Origin: a virus
Virus record (IMG/VR): IMGVR_UViG_3300008050_000024
Span: 1 to 64,000 of that record
Length of the DNA stretch: 64,000 bases
Strand: one strand, 5' to 3'
Shown: positions 37,552 to 47,615 of the stretch, one piece after another
How positions within the stretch are numbered: the stretch's first letter is position 1
Layout of the letters: the number at the start of each line of letters is the position of its first letter
The notes under the pieces: model-generated
Database searches by the model: none
What the model saw: only the letters and a program-made list of their open reading frames with translations
Told to the model about the DNA's origin: nothing
Made by a program: the position numbers and the translations under genes

Positions 37552-37580
37552 TTGTGTCCGGTGACAAAAAGTCATATAAT
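37552..37580 (+). promoter_or_regulatory. Sigma70 promoter inside the modification cluster
   Basis: TTGTGT-17-TATAAT with A/T-rich upstream element. Confidence 0.7.
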
Positions 37581-37629
37581 CAAGGTGTACTTAACAAAAA
37601 CACTCAAGTCCAAATAGGAGGACACACTA

Positions 37630-38184
37630 ATGAAAATGGATCAAGTAACCAAAGCAGCAACGGAACTGAACACTGTACTTGGATGCAAGCCACCAATACC
37701 TACCGCCCCCGGAACCAAGAAGGCAGACATTTTGGTGAAGATCACCGAAGCAGCCACTTTAATTCAGGAAGGCGACAACGTCAGCAACGACACCAGAGCA
37801 GTGATTGCATTTGCGGCCAACCCAGAAGCGGCGGCCCCTCCTGCAGCACCAGCAGCTCCCGAAGGAACACCAGAAGGAACTCCTGCACCAGCTCCTACCA
37901 GCACTGCCAAAACTGTAAAGCAGTCCAAGCCAAAGTCGGAATACGGACACGCCCTGGGATCACTTTCCGGACAGATCGATGTTGCATTGATCGCCCATCG
38001 GGGAACTGTAACCAACTCGGCGGAAATTGCCAAAGTAGTAACTCAAGCGGCAGGCAAAGAATGTACGGCCAAGCGTATTATCGATCACGCCAAGAGCCTC
38101 AACACTCGCAAGCTCGCCGAAGTGGACATCCAGGTTGTGAACCCGGAAGAAGGAGAAAAGTATCACACAGTCAAACTTGCCTAG
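37630..38184 (+). CDS. Two-domain protein with Pro/Ala linker, possibly DNA-binding
   Basis: Strong RBS AGGAGG; own promoter and terminator; wHTH-like C-terminal half. Confidence 0.75.
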   Translation: MKMDQVTKAATELNTVLGCKPPIPTAPGTKKADILVKITEAATLIQEGDNVSNDTRAVIAFAANPEAAAPPAAPAAPEGTPEGTPAPAPTSTAKTVKQSKPKSEYGHALGSLSGQIDVALIAHRGTVTNSAEIAKVVTQAAGKECTAKRIIDHAKSLNTRKLAEVDIQVVNPEEGEKYHTVKLA

Positions 38185-38761
38185 GCCAGTTGACGATAAA
38201 AACTCAAAGGCGGATCAGTTAAATCTGGTCCGCCTTTTTTTATCTCAAATTGGAGAGAACCCAAATCGTGATGGCCTACTCGAAACTCCATCACGTGTAG
38301 TCAAATTATGGAAGGACGTGTACGGCGGATATGATCAAGATCCGGCGGATATATTGAAACAGTTTGATAATGATGGAGACTATGATCAAATCGTACTTCT
38401 CCGGAATATCGAATTCTATTCAATGTGTGAACATCACATGCTTCCATTCGTAGGAACTGCGCATGTAGCGTATATTCCTAAGGACAAAATAGTAGGCATA
38501 TCTAAACTAGCTCGTCTGGTGGACATATATGCCCGTAGACTCCAAGTACAGGAGCGGCTAGGGCAACAAGTAGTCAACGCTCTAACTACTCATTTAGACG
38601 CTCTTGGAGCCGCTTGTATTATCGAAGCAGACCACTTTTGTATTCGTATGCGTGGCGTTGGTAAGCAGCACTCAAATATGGTCACTTCTTCCTTGGTCGG
38701 GGCGTTCAAAGATAACATCCAAACCCGACAAGAACTAATGTCACTCATAAAAGGAGTTTAG
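38177..38761 (+). CDS. folE: GTP cyclohydrolase I
   Basis: [48 protein letters not shown]. Confidence 0.97.
   Translation: MPRPVDDKNSKADQLNLVRLFLSQIGENPNRDGLLETPSRVVKLWKDVYGGYDQDPADILKQFDNDGDYDQIVLLRNIEFYSMCEHHMLPFVGTAHVAYIPKDKIVGISKLARLVDIYARRLQVQERLGQQVVNALTTHLDALGAACIIEADHFCIRMRGVGKQHSNMVTSSLVGAFKDNIQTRQELMSLIKGV
38206..38241 (+). terminator. Intrinsic terminator embedded in the folE 5' coding region
   Basis: AAAGGCGGATCAG-TTAAAT-CTGGTCCGCC followed by T7. Confidence 0.75.
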
Positions 38762-38762
38762 C

Positions 38763-39758
38763 GTGGAAACCGTAAAAGCAGAAATACTATGGACCCGGAA
38801 TTGCCATCTAGATTGTCAATATTGTGGAATGGTTACGGGAAGGCCCGCATCATACGGCGTTGAACGCTGGAAAGAAACGGTAGACAATCTGAAAAAGCTA
38901 GGATGTGGGTTTATGGCGTTTTATGGAGCTGAGCCTCTTTACGATCCCGATTTTGAAGAGCTTCCTGAAGTAGTAGGATATGCCGAATCACAGGGCATTC
39001 ATACCACGGTAATCACATCTGGTGTAGCCTCCAATGTCAAACAAAAAATAGACAGACTCATTGAAGCCGGTGCTCGTAGTTTGTCCATGAGTTACGACAT
39101 GGTTCCTCTGGACAAACACTCCAAAGCAAAAACAGGAAAAGCCCTGCAATGGCTGACATACTTCCGGGACAATTGTAAAGACTTGAGAGATGTCGCAGCT
39201 ATCGCTACCCTGACCAGTACGAACTTCCATCTGTTGCCTGAAACAATTGAAACAATGTCTTCAGAAGGTATCTGGATGTTTTTTGATATGATCCACCCAG
39301 ACCGAGGACAGCATGGCAGCAAAACCAGAAACCTGCCAGGGACAGAGGAACTGCTATTCAAACCAGAGCATCACAAAAACTTGAAACACATCCTGGACCT
39401 CACTATGGAGATGTCGGATGACGGCTACCTGGTGCACACATCCCGAGAATTTGTGGATTTGATTAGCGCTAACGACTTCGCCCACTTGCAAAACTATTCC
39501 TGGCATTGTACCAAAGAAAAGATGTTTCCGTCCTGGGTGACAATCGATTGTGATGGTAGGGTATTGACGTGCGATGATTACACGATCGAAACTCCCATTG
39601 TGTTTGGTCATGAGCTAGTTGAGAATTGGGATCGGTTCTGTGAAGAAGCCCGAAAGGATACACTCAAATGCCCTGGGTGCATTTGGAACACACACATTGA
39701 TGCGATGTACATTAAAGAGGGGTCAATTCCTTTTTCAAATTACGTCCATACCCTGTAA
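38763..39758 (+). CDS. Radical SAM enzyme with SPASM/twitch-like C-terminus, function unknown
   Basis: CHLDCQYC, YGAEP, C...IDCDGRVLTC...CPGC. Confidence 0.88.
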   Translation: METVKAEILWTRNCHLDCQYCGMVTGRPASYGVERWKETVDNLKKLGCGFMAFYGAEPLYDPDFEELPEVVGYAESQGIHTTVITSGVASNVKQKIDRLIEAGARSLSMSYDMVPLDKHSKAKTGKALQWLTYFRDNCKDLRDVAAIATLTSTNFHLLPETIETMSSEGIWMFFDMIHPDRGQHGSKTRNLPGTEELLFKPEHHKNLKHILDLTMEMSDDGYLVHTSREFVDLISANDFAHLQNYSWHCTKEKMFPSWVTIDCDGRVLTCDDYTIETPIVFGHELVENWDRFCEEARKDTLKCPGCIWNTHIDAMYIKEGSIPFSNYVHTL

Positions 39759-39769
39759 AGGAGAAAACA

Positions 39770-40573
39770 GTGCTATATGATAAACAGCGAATAGAATCTC
39801 TATTAGAAGCAGAGTGCTTTGAAATAGATTCGGATTTACGAGCTCATCCGAATAAGAAAATCGCTCTTTGCTATAGTGGTGGGATTGACAGTTTCACAGC
39901 ATTCCACTTCTTACGAGATCGGTACGGTGTTGAGCGTCTCCGTCTTGTTTGGTTTGATCTCAAATCTCGCTATAGTGAACGGGAGTGGGAATGGATTCAA
40001 CGACAGGATCTGCGTTCCAATATTTCCATACAAGTAGATCGCAGTTTAGACTTGAGTGATCGGGAAGTCGGAGAAAAGGCATACATACCTTTTCGCAATA
40101 TGTTAATTGCTGCCCAAGCTGTCAAATACGGGGACATCGTATGTATGGCGGGAGTCTTGGACGATGTTGTAGCCGATAAAAACAAGCCCATTTTTGAAGA
40201 AATGTCGCATGTGCTCAGTATGATGGAAAAACGGCCCCTTCGGGTTTGGAGTCCGTTTTGGGGATTAAGGAAGCACGAAGTCGTTGCCTGGTTCCTAAAC
40301 AACACGGAACATCCCAGAAACATTCTTGATACTATTTCCTGCTATTCCGGGCATTGCGACAGTAACTACTGCGGAGAGTGTCCCTGCTGTTTTCGAAAGT
40401 GGGTTGCTTTGCGGGCCAATGATGTGATCATAGATTTTATAAATATGAAATTATTGGAAGAATACTATACACTGTGTCGTGACGGACATTACGATACAGA
40501 GAGGAATAGAAGCACTATTGAAGTTATCGATGAATATCGGCGTGAACTAAAGTTCCGAAAGGAAAGTGAATAA
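39770..40573 (+). CDS. queC: 7-cyano-7-deazaguanine synthase
   Basis: PP-loop YSGGIDS, YIPFRN, SCY...CGECPCC. Confidence 0.9.
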   Translation: MLYDKQRIESLLEAECFEIDSDLRAHPNKKIALCYSGGIDSFTAFHFLRDRYGVERLRLVWFDLKSRYSEREWEWIQRQDLRSNISIQVDRSLDLSDREVGEKAYIPFRNMLIAAQAVKYGDIVCMAGVLDDVVADKNKPIFEEMSHVLSMMEKRPLRVWSPFWGLRKHEVVAWFLNNTEHPRNILDTISCYSGHCDSNYCGECPCCFRKWVALRANDVIIDFINMKLLEEYYTLCRDGHYDTERNRSTIEVIDEYRRELKFRKESE

Positions 40574-40889
40574 CATGAGAATCGCAGTTGACATTGACGG
40601 TGTCTTGACTTTGGAAACGGAAGGTCATGACTATACAAACCGAACACCGAATAAAGAAAACATCGAAAAAGTAAATGAACTAGATGCGGCAGGACACACT
40701 ATCATTCTGCACACAGCAAGATGGGAACAGGACCGTGGGGTTACCAAGGCGTGGTTAGATGCTCACGGTCTTGTTGCTTGTGAATTGCTCATGGGCAAAG
40801 TGCTTTGTGATCTGTACATTGACGACAAAGCATCCACAACCATCCCGACGCCGCATGATCTCTATATGGCCCAGGAGGTATTCTCATGA
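40566..40889 (+). CDS. Small capless HAD phosphatase (EcbF/BcbF-like)
   Basis: DIDGVL, HTAR, GK, YIDDKA. Confidence 0.85.
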   Translation: MNNMRIAVDIDGVLTLETEGHDYTNRTPNKENIEKVNELDAAGHTIILHTARWEQDRGVTKAWLDAHGLVACELLMGKVLCDLYIDDKASTTIPTPHDLYMAQEVFS

Positions 40890-41962
40890 TTGTATGGTTT
40901 GCCGGCACGGTAGGGAACAGAATTGAAGTTGAAAACTTTTGCAAATATCGCTTGCATTCGTATCACAGCATCCAAGATGGCGCAGCTACTCGCAATGTCA
41001 TGCAAAACGAGGAACGGACGTACACTCTGTTCCTAGATAGTGGTGCTTTTTCCGCTTGGAACCTAGGCAAACCCATCCAAGTCCAAGACTATATCGATTA
41101 CGTCAAAAATAACTTGTCTAAAATCGATTATTATGTGGTACTGGACGTAATTACCCAAGTCCAAGCTTCGTGGGAAAATCAGTGCGCTATGGAGGCCCAG
41201 GGACTTAAACCCCTTCCAGTCTACCATACGGAAGATCCGTTTCCATACTTGGATCGCTGTTTACACTATGATTATTTCTGTTTAGGCGGGATGGCAAAAG
41301 GGTTTACGACAAAACAGCGTCGGGACTTTTTAGATGCCTGCTGGGAAAGAATGACAGACGCCGACGGGGCGCCTCTCACCAAGGTACACGGACTGGGAAT
41401 GACATCCATCGACTTAATGATGCGTTATCCCTGGTACTCGGTTGACAGCACGTCTTGGCTATTAGCCAGTGCCATGGGAAATATCCTACTCCCCCGGTTG
41501 ACCGAGTCCGGACCTGTATTTGATCAAAAGCCGTTGGTGCTGTCATCCTCCTCTCGGTCGCCTCAACAGGGTGATGACACAAAACACATACTAGCTATGA
41601 AAGGAAAAGAACGGGATCGTGTCTTTGGGTACTTGGCAGAATTGGGCGTCCCCTTGGGTGTATCGGAATTTGTCAAGTATGAAGGACAGGAGATTTTAGA
41701 AGGACAAAAGAAATGCAAAGACGGGAAGGGACAGGAGATTTTAGAAACCATCAAGGAAGAGGGTGTAGCAAACAGTCGATACAGTCGATTTATCGTCAAT
41801 GCGACATTCTTCAAACGATTAGCAGCTGGGTTGGGCAACTGGCGGGAACGTAGATTTGAACAAAAAAGAAAAGCCAAAAAAGGGTTCTTTTCAAAGAACG
41901 TATTTGTACAGCCTCCAGTAAAACGAGCGAAAGGAAAAGTGGATCATGATAAAAACAAATAG
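40886..41962 (+). CDS. dpdA: DNA 7-deazaguanine transglycosylase (TGT-like)
   Basis: LFLDSGAFS, PVYH, LGGMA, VHGLG, PWYSVDSTSW; clustered with que genes. Confidence 0.88.
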   Translation: MIVWFAGTVGNRIEVENFCKYRLHSYHSIQDGAATRNVMQNEERTYTLFLDSGAFSAWNLGKPIQVQDYIDYVKNNLSKIDYYVVLDVITQVQASWENQCAMEAQGLKPLPVYHTEDPFPYLDRCLHYDYFCLGGMAKGFTTKQRRDFLDACWERMTDADGAPLTKVHGLGMTSIDLMMRYPWYSVDSTSWLLASAMGNILLPRLTESGPVFDQKPLVLSSSSRSPQQGDDTKHILAMKGKERDRVFGYLAELGVPLGVSEFVKYEGQEILEGQKKCKDGKGQEILETIKEEGVANSRYSRFIVNATFFKRLAAGLGNWRERRFEQKRKAKKGFFSKNVFVQPPVKRAKGKVDHDKNK

Positions 41963-42989
41963 GGAATACCTTTTAGACCTGCTCCGGCTATTGAAGCCGG
42001 GATTGTCTGAAAAGGATTTAGTAGAGGAATTCGGCGCATTGCGCATTTGTCAAGGCACACTCGTCACCTACAACGACAAAATATCCGTCCAAGTACCTGC
42101 GCCACCCGGCTTAGAGGCACTTAACGGCATTGCAGTGAGGGTTCAGCCCCTTTATGAAATCCTATCAAAAATGGATGATACCGATATTGCATTATTGGCA
42201 GGAGAAGACAACCTTGAAATACGAGGAGCCCGAAACAAAGCCGAGCTTAAACTTCAAATCGTACAGGAAGAAATTCCCATTTGGAACGACATCGCCGCCC
42301 TAGAACAGCACGGAGGCTGGAGTGAGTTTCCCAAAGAATGCATTGACGCTATTCAAATGTGTCTATTCTGTTGTTCTAAAAACATGATGGACGGTGTGTT
42401 GACGTGCCTACACTTTACAGATTCAATGGTTGAGGGTTGTGATAACTATCGACTAGTCCGATATGCCTGGCCCGTACCGCTGCCCTCCTTTGGCGGACAC
42501 ATTATGATCCCGGGAGGTGCACTGTCCACATTGAGCCAGTATCCCATTTCAGAGATTGGATTGACCGATGCCTGGATACACTTCAGAACAGAGCAGGGCG
42601 TGGTGTATTCATGTCGTACGTTTGCCGGCGAATACCCAGACACGGCTGGGTTTCTTGAGGTAACAGGAGACGCAATTAAACTCCCTTCACAGATCACAGA
42701 TGTGATGGAGCGTGCCGCTGTGTTTTGCGACGACAAGTTTGAAGACGAGCAACTTGTAGATATTGAATTACAGGGCCAGGGCAAGGTTTTGATCTCCTCC
42801 AAAGGATCCGACGGCTCATTCATGGAACAGCGGGTTCTTCGGTACGCAGGTCCGCCCAGGAAGTTCCAAGTGCATCCTGAATTTATCTCGGGAGTAATGT
42901 CAATCACGGATGACGCCATTATCGGCGAGGCTAGCCTCAAACTGGAAAAGGGCCCACTAGTTCATGTCGTACTATTGAGTGACGAGTAG
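41946..42989 (+). CDS. dnaN: Sliding clamp (Pol III beta-like)
   Basis: ~350 aa; GCDNYRL and FAGEYPD motifs; position before the polymerase. Confidence 0.75.
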   Translation: MIKTNREYLLDLLRLLKPGLSEKDLVEEFGALRICQGTLVTYNDKISVQVPAPPGLEALNGIAVRVQPLYEILSKMDDTDIALLAGEDNLEIRGARNKAELKLQIVQEEIPIWNDIAALEQHGGWSEFPKECIDAIQMCLFCCSKNMMDGVLTCLHFTDSMVEGCDNYRLVRYAWPVPLPSFGGHIMIPGGALSTLSQYPISEIGLTDAWIHFRTEQGVVYSCRTFAGEYPDTAGFLEVTGDAIKLPSQITDVMERAAVFCDDKFEDEQLVDIELQGQGKVLISSKGSDGSFMEQRVLRYAGPPRKFQVHPEFISGVMSITDDAIIGEASLKLEKGPLVHVVLLSDE

Positions 42990-42998
42990 AAAGAGCTT

Positions 42999-45725
42999 AT
43001 GAAATCTTTTTTTAGTAAGTCAGATCCCCTTTTAAAGCAAAAGGGATATTCGGGGAGTTGCCATACTTGCCGGCTGTATCTAACTTGCCAGAGCCCTAAA
43101 ATGGTAGCATCTGGGATGGGTAATCGTAGAATCCTTCTAATAGGTGAAGCGCCAGGAGAAGCAGAAGACGCCAGAGGGGAAGCAATGGTTGGGCCCTCTG
43201 GTCAGTTCCTGGAACAGACACTCCGGGCTAATGGTATTCTAATGTATGAGGACTGCTGGAAAACCTACGCACTCCAATGCCGTCCTCCTAAAGGAAAGCA
43301 GATAACCGATGAGAGTTTATCTGCTTGTAGGACTCGAGTCATAAAAGAAATAGAAACACTCAAACCCCATCTAATCATTTTGCTAGGAAAAACGCCTTTG
43401 TCCAACGTGCTGTTAGAAGAGTTAGATTCCGAGTTTACTGGAGCCATTGCCTCTTGGCGAGGTAGAGTGATTCCCTTTTATAAGTGGAATTGCTGGGTGG
43501 CTGTGGTATCTAATCCGGCATTCGTCCTAAAATCAGACACTAAGAAGGATTGCAATGCGCTACTTTTTAAGCAAGATATAGCAAAGAGCATCCAATACAT
43601 AAATAAACCCCTTCCGGCGCCTATAGAGGAGCGTAGACACGTGCTCGGAACTCGGGAGGCTGTGGCCTTCTTGTCTAAATTGATCGTACGACCACCTGGA
43701 AACCGTGTCGCATACGATTATGAAGGAACAGGACTAAAGCCTCACGCAAAGGGACATGGCATTGTCTGTGTAGGATTAGCCGTAAATGAATCAGACGTGT
43801 ACTCATTTCTTCTACCCCACATTGATCCTAAATGGACTGATGCTGAAATGCAGGAACATCTCCAACCTGAAGAGTTTCAGCTTATCTGTCTTTGGCGGCG
43901 ATTCCTAGCAAGTGAACTGGTAAAGAAAACAGCACATCATTTGAAATTTGAACACAGCTGGTCTAAAGAGATCTACGGAACTGAGGTGAGGGGGTGGGAG
44001 TGGTGTTCAATGGAAGCTGCTCACATCTTGGACAATACGGAAGGAACAAACGGATTGAAATTCCTTGTGTTTGTTGAGTTTGGCATCACGGACTATAACG
44101 CCGATGTGTCGCAATACTTAAAATCCAGCAAAAAGGAAGAAAAGAGAGTAGGCAAAAACGCCATAAACCGAATCCATCAGTGTAGCAAGCAACTGCTACT
44201 CGAATACGTAGGTGGCGATGCCTTGTACCAATGGCATCTAGGAGAACGACAAAGACAGCAGATGGAAACGCATAAGTTTCGATATCCTCCTAATGTTCTC
44301 ACAATACATGACGCATACGACTTGTTTCACGAAGGTGCTATTGTCCTGGCCGAGATTGAAGCCCACGGAGTAGCCATTGATACAAAGTATTCGACGCAGA
44401 CCATGCAGGAACTCAATGGCCAGATTGAGGGGATCAAAAACGACCTAAAGGAAACCGAGGTGTACAAAGCATGGTATCAAAAATACGGATTCAATACCAA
44501 TGTAGAATCCGGGGCCCAGCTAGCCGATGTGCTCTATAACATCCTGGGTCTTACTCCCACCAAAATGTCTGAAAGTGGAGAACAGGGGTCAACAGACCAC
44601 GAAGCCGTAGCCGGTCTCATCGGAACCGTACAAGGAATTGAAGAAATAGCCCGCATAGGCAAATTAAGGAAAATATCAAGCACATACCTAGGCGGATACT
44701 TGAGGGAAAGCGTTGACGGTATCATACACCCCTTCTTTCATTTGCACATTCCCAGGACATTCCGATCCTGTAGCCGTAACCCTAACTTTCAAAACGTCCC
44801 GAAACGGGACTATGAGAGTATGTCAATCACACGTCGATCCATTATACCCCGCCCTGGACACGTTCTTGTCGAGATTGACTTCTCAAATATCGAAGTTCGC
44901 ATCAGCGCCTGCTATCACAATGACAAGCAGATGATCATCTACATCAAAGATCCCACTACGGACATGCACAGAGACCAAGCCATTGAAGTATTCAAAATGC
45001 AGCCTTCTTGGTGGCACGGATTAACTAAGCCCCAAGAGAAGAAAATGAAGCCTATCCGACATACAGCAAAGAACAAATTTGTATTCCCTCAATTTTACGG
45101 AGACTACTTTGTTAGTTGCGCCCAGGCTATGTGGCAGGAAGCCGCTGAACATACGCTTTTCAATGATGTTCCACTACTTGAACACATGAGATCTCAAGGC
45201 ATTGGTACCTTAGAATCCTTCACTCAGCACATGAAAGAGGTCGAACACAGGTTTTGGCATGAACGCTTCCCAGAGTACACAGCTTGGAAGGAACAGTGGT
45301 ATAAGGATTACATTGCCCGGGGTTGGTTTATAATGAAAACCGGGTTCAAATCAGAAGGGCTGTTTACCAGAAATGAAGTAATCAATCACCCTGTACAAGG
45401 ACCAGCATTTCATTGCCTTTTATGGAGTGTCATTCAAATGCACAAGGAATTAAAAGCCCAAAACAGCCAGTCACGTATTTGTGCACAGATTCACGATTCC
45501 ATGTTTTTAGATGCAGACCCGGATGATTTAGACTTTATTTTCGAGAAATCTACAGAGATAATGACACAGCGGTTGGTAGACGAATGGAAGTGGATCACAG
45601 TCCCATTGGCGATAGAACACGATGTCAGCAGGGTAGACGGGACTTGGCAAGAACAGACGACATTACCGTGGGATAAGTTAAAGAACAGACAAGAGGATAT
45701 CCGTACGTTTTTAGCGAGTATATAG
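42999..45725 (+). CDS. polA: Family A DNA polymerase with N-terminal family-4 UDG-like domain and 3'-5' exonuclease
   Basis: GEAPG/CRPP; DYEGTG; NPNFQNVP; motif A DFSNIEVR, motif B RHTAKNKFVFPQFYG, motif C QIHDS. Confidence 0.96.
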   Translation: MKSFFSKSDPLLKQKGYSGSCHTCRLYLTCQSPKMVASGMGNRRILLIGEAPGEAEDARGEAMVGPSGQFLEQTLRANGILMYEDCWKTYALQCRPPKGKQITDESLSACRTRVIKEIETLKPHLIILLGKTPLSNVLLEELDSEFTGAIASWRGRVIPFYKWNCWVAVVSNPAFVLKSDTKKDCNALLFKQDIAKSIQYINKPLPAPIEERRHVLGTREAVAFLSKLIVRPPGNRVAYDYEGTGLKPHAKGHGIVCVGLAVNESDVYSFLLPHIDPKWTDAEMQEHLQPEEFQLICLWRRFLASELVKKTAHHLKFEHSWSKEIYGTEVRGWEWCSMEAAHILDNTEGTNGLKFLVFVEFGITDYNADVSQYLKSSKKEEKRVGKNAINRIHQCSKQLLLEYVGGDALYQWHLGERQRQQMETHKFRYPPNVLTIHDAYDLFHEGAIVLAEIEAHGVAIDTKYSTQTMQELNGQIEGIKNDLKETEVYKAWYQKYGFNTNVESGAQLADVLYNILGLTPTKMSESGEQGSTDHEAVAGLIGTVQGIEEIARIGKLRKISSTYLGGYLRESVDGIIHPFFHLHIPRTFRSCSRNPNFQNVPKRDYESMSITRRSIIPRPGHVLVEIDFSNIEVRISACYHNDKQMIIYIKDPTTDMHRDQAIEVFKMQPSWWHGLTKPQEKKMKPIRHTAKNKFVFPQFYGDYFVSCAQAMWQEAAEHTLFNDVPLLEHMRSQGIGTLESFTQHMKEVEHRFWHERFPEYTAWKEQWYKDYIARGWFIMKTGFKSEGLFTRNEVINHPVQGPAFHCLLWSVIQMHKELKAQNSQSRICAQIHDSMFLDADPDDLDFIFEKSTEIMTQRLVDEWKWITVPLAIEHDVSRVDGTWQEQTTLPWDKLKNRQEDIRTFLASI

Positions 45726-45815
45726 ATTTAGTTGTTTATATAAGTCTTTACTTCGTATATAAAAGTATGTTATACTCTATTATTCGTATGAGAGTTTTTA
45801 AGGAGGTTTGTATAG

Positions 45816-46172
45816 ATGGAGCGAACAATGCCTATCTCAGGAACTAACTCCTGTTCCGATAACGCACCACCAAAGATGACCCGGACATCGTTTCCTGGTC
45901 ATACGGTTACAAAGGGCTACTATCGAATGTTCGTGGATAATCGTACCATGAAGAATATAGTAGGCGGCATGAGGACTGTGTTCATTCACAGAAAAAGAAA
46001 ATGGGTCAGGATTTACGACCCGTTCACTTCTTCAGGATCTGCCCAACTATCTAAAGGCATGTTTGACACGATGACGGTAGAGCTCCTGACGCCAAAGCAA
46101 CAGGCGTATGCGCAAAAGAAAGACAGGAGATTACGTGGGTTTATACCAGAAGCATCGTCCCTCGACCTTTGA
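45816..46172 (+). CDS. Hypothetical protein
   Basis: RBS AAGGAGG; promoter-like TATACT upstream. Confidence 0.6.
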   Translation: MERTMPISGTNSCSDNAPPKMTRTSFPGHTVTKGYYRMFVDNRTMKNIVGGMRTVFIHRKRKWVRIYDPFTSSGSAQLSKGMFDTMTVELLTPKQQAYAQKKDRRLRGFIPEASSLDL

Positions 46173-47064
46173 CGGGGTCATAGGGAACAAGGAAGTAGTA
46201 GCGTCGCTTAAGACAATCTTAGCTAGGCCTAAAGAGCACATTCCAAAGGCCTTTCTTTTATCAGGACCTAGTGGCTGTGGCAAAACTACGATTGCCCGCA
46301 TTATACGGGACGTGCTAGGCTGTGCCATTTTTGATTTTAAGGAAGTTGATACCGCAGACATGCGAGGTATTGACATGGTGCGGGAACTCAACCGTATCGC
46401 TCATTACAAGACCACAGGAGGTTCCTGCCGGGTTATCCTTTTGGACGAATGCCACAAGATGACCAACGATGCCCAGAACGCCTTACTCAAGTTGCTGGAA
46501 GATCCTCCACCCAATGTCTTTTTCATACTGGCCACAACAGATCCCCAGAAACTAATCAAAACAATCATTACTCGTTGCACGTCCTTTGAACTGAAACCCC
46601 TACCCCAAAATGAGTTATGCTTACTACTGATGAAAGTAGCCCGTGCCGAGGGCAAACTCATAAAGCCGACGTCACTCCAAAAGATAACCGAAGGAGCCAA
46701 CGGCAGTCCTCGAGGCGCTCTCCAGATTCTAGAAAAAGTAATAGACTACCCCATTGATCAACTAGAAGAATTGATTACCAATATGGAGAGTTTTGATGCA
46801 CGTGGTATCGATTTAGCACGTGCCTTAATAAAACGGGCGCACTGGAGTGAGATCCTCAAGATTTTAGCCGGTCTAACCGAGCCAGAAGAGTCCATTAGAC
46901 GCTGTATCTTAGGATATAGCACGACTGTATTATCAAACCCCAAGACGTCAACAGCAGATCAAGCTCGGGCATACGTATTGTTGACCTGTTTCGAACGCCC
47001 GTACTACGATACAGGAAGAGCGGGGCTTATCATGTCCTGCTATGAAGCAAAGGCAACCAAATGA
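46108..47064 (+). CDS. dnaX: Clamp loader AAA+ ATPase (Pol III gamma/tau-like)
   Basis: LYQKHRP.TF, GPSGCGKTT, LDECH, NALLKLLEDPP, TRC. Confidence 0.93.
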   Translation: MRKRKTGDYVGLYQKHRPSTFDGVIGNKEVVASLKTILARPKEHIPKAFLLSGPSGCGKTTIARIIRDVLGCAIFDFKEVDTADMRGIDMVRELNRIAHYKTTGGSCRVILLDECHKMTNDAQNALLKLLEDPPPNVFFILATTDPQKLIKTIITRCTSFELKPLPQNELCLLLMKVARAEGKLIKPTSLQKITEGANGSPRGALQILEKVIDYPIDQLEELITNMESFDARGIDLARALIKRAHWSEILKILAGLTEPEESIRRCILGYSTTVLSNPKTSTADQARAYVLLTCFERPYYDTGRAGLIMSCYEAKATK

Positions 47065-47615
47065 CAACAGTTATAATTGAATCAGAAGAAGATTTCAAAC
47101 ATCGCATACGGCTTAATATGGGTGAGCTTGAGGAATTGTTTTTTGAGCATCCCGCAATCGTAGCCGAATATGGCGAACTTGCTGCGAAAGCTGAGCGTGC
47201 CTACAATCTCGCTCACGAAACAGCACGGGAAACCCTTTTTGGTATTATGAACGATGCTAGAAAGAGTCCCACAGACTATGGGATCGTGTCGGCCCGTTCA
47301 GCTCCTCCCGAAGGCGCTATAGAGAGCACGGCACGGTCCGAACAAAGTGTAATTGACGCCCGCAGGGCAGAAGTAGAGGCACAGTCCATTTGGAATATAA
47401 CCAAAGGACGAATGCAAGCTCTACACCACAGGAAAAAAATCATAGAGTCACTTGTAAACCTAACGCACATGGGGTTTTTTGCTGCTCCTAAAGATGCGCC
47501 TGGGGCACGATTGACTCCAACTAAGGAAAAGTCACAAGCTATCAATGAATCAGTGGACGCCGCAATCCGGCGATCACGCAATTTACCACATCCATTGGAG
47601 GGAACACATGAATAG
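47061..47615 (+). CDS. Helical protein, possibly UvsY-like recombination mediator
   Basis: Coiled-coil character and position before SSB and RecA. Confidence 0.45.
   Translation: MTTVIIESEEDFKHRIRLNMGELEELFFEHPAIVAEYGELAAKAERAYNLAHETARETLFGIMNDARKSPTDYGIVSARSAPPEGAIESTARSEQSVIDARRAEVEAQSIWNITKGRMQALHHRKKIIESLVNLTHMGFFAAPKDAPGARLTPTKEKSQAINESVDAAIRRSRNLPHPLEGTHE

Noticed and set aside
37506-38222. 238-aa alternative-frame ORF
   Set aside because: It spans the promoter and has shadow-frame composition; 37630-38184 has the strong RBS.
40886-41962. tRNA-guanine transglycosylase for queuosine
   Set aside because: It lacks the TGT Zn-binding motif; the phage replication context and motifs match DNA-acting DpdA.
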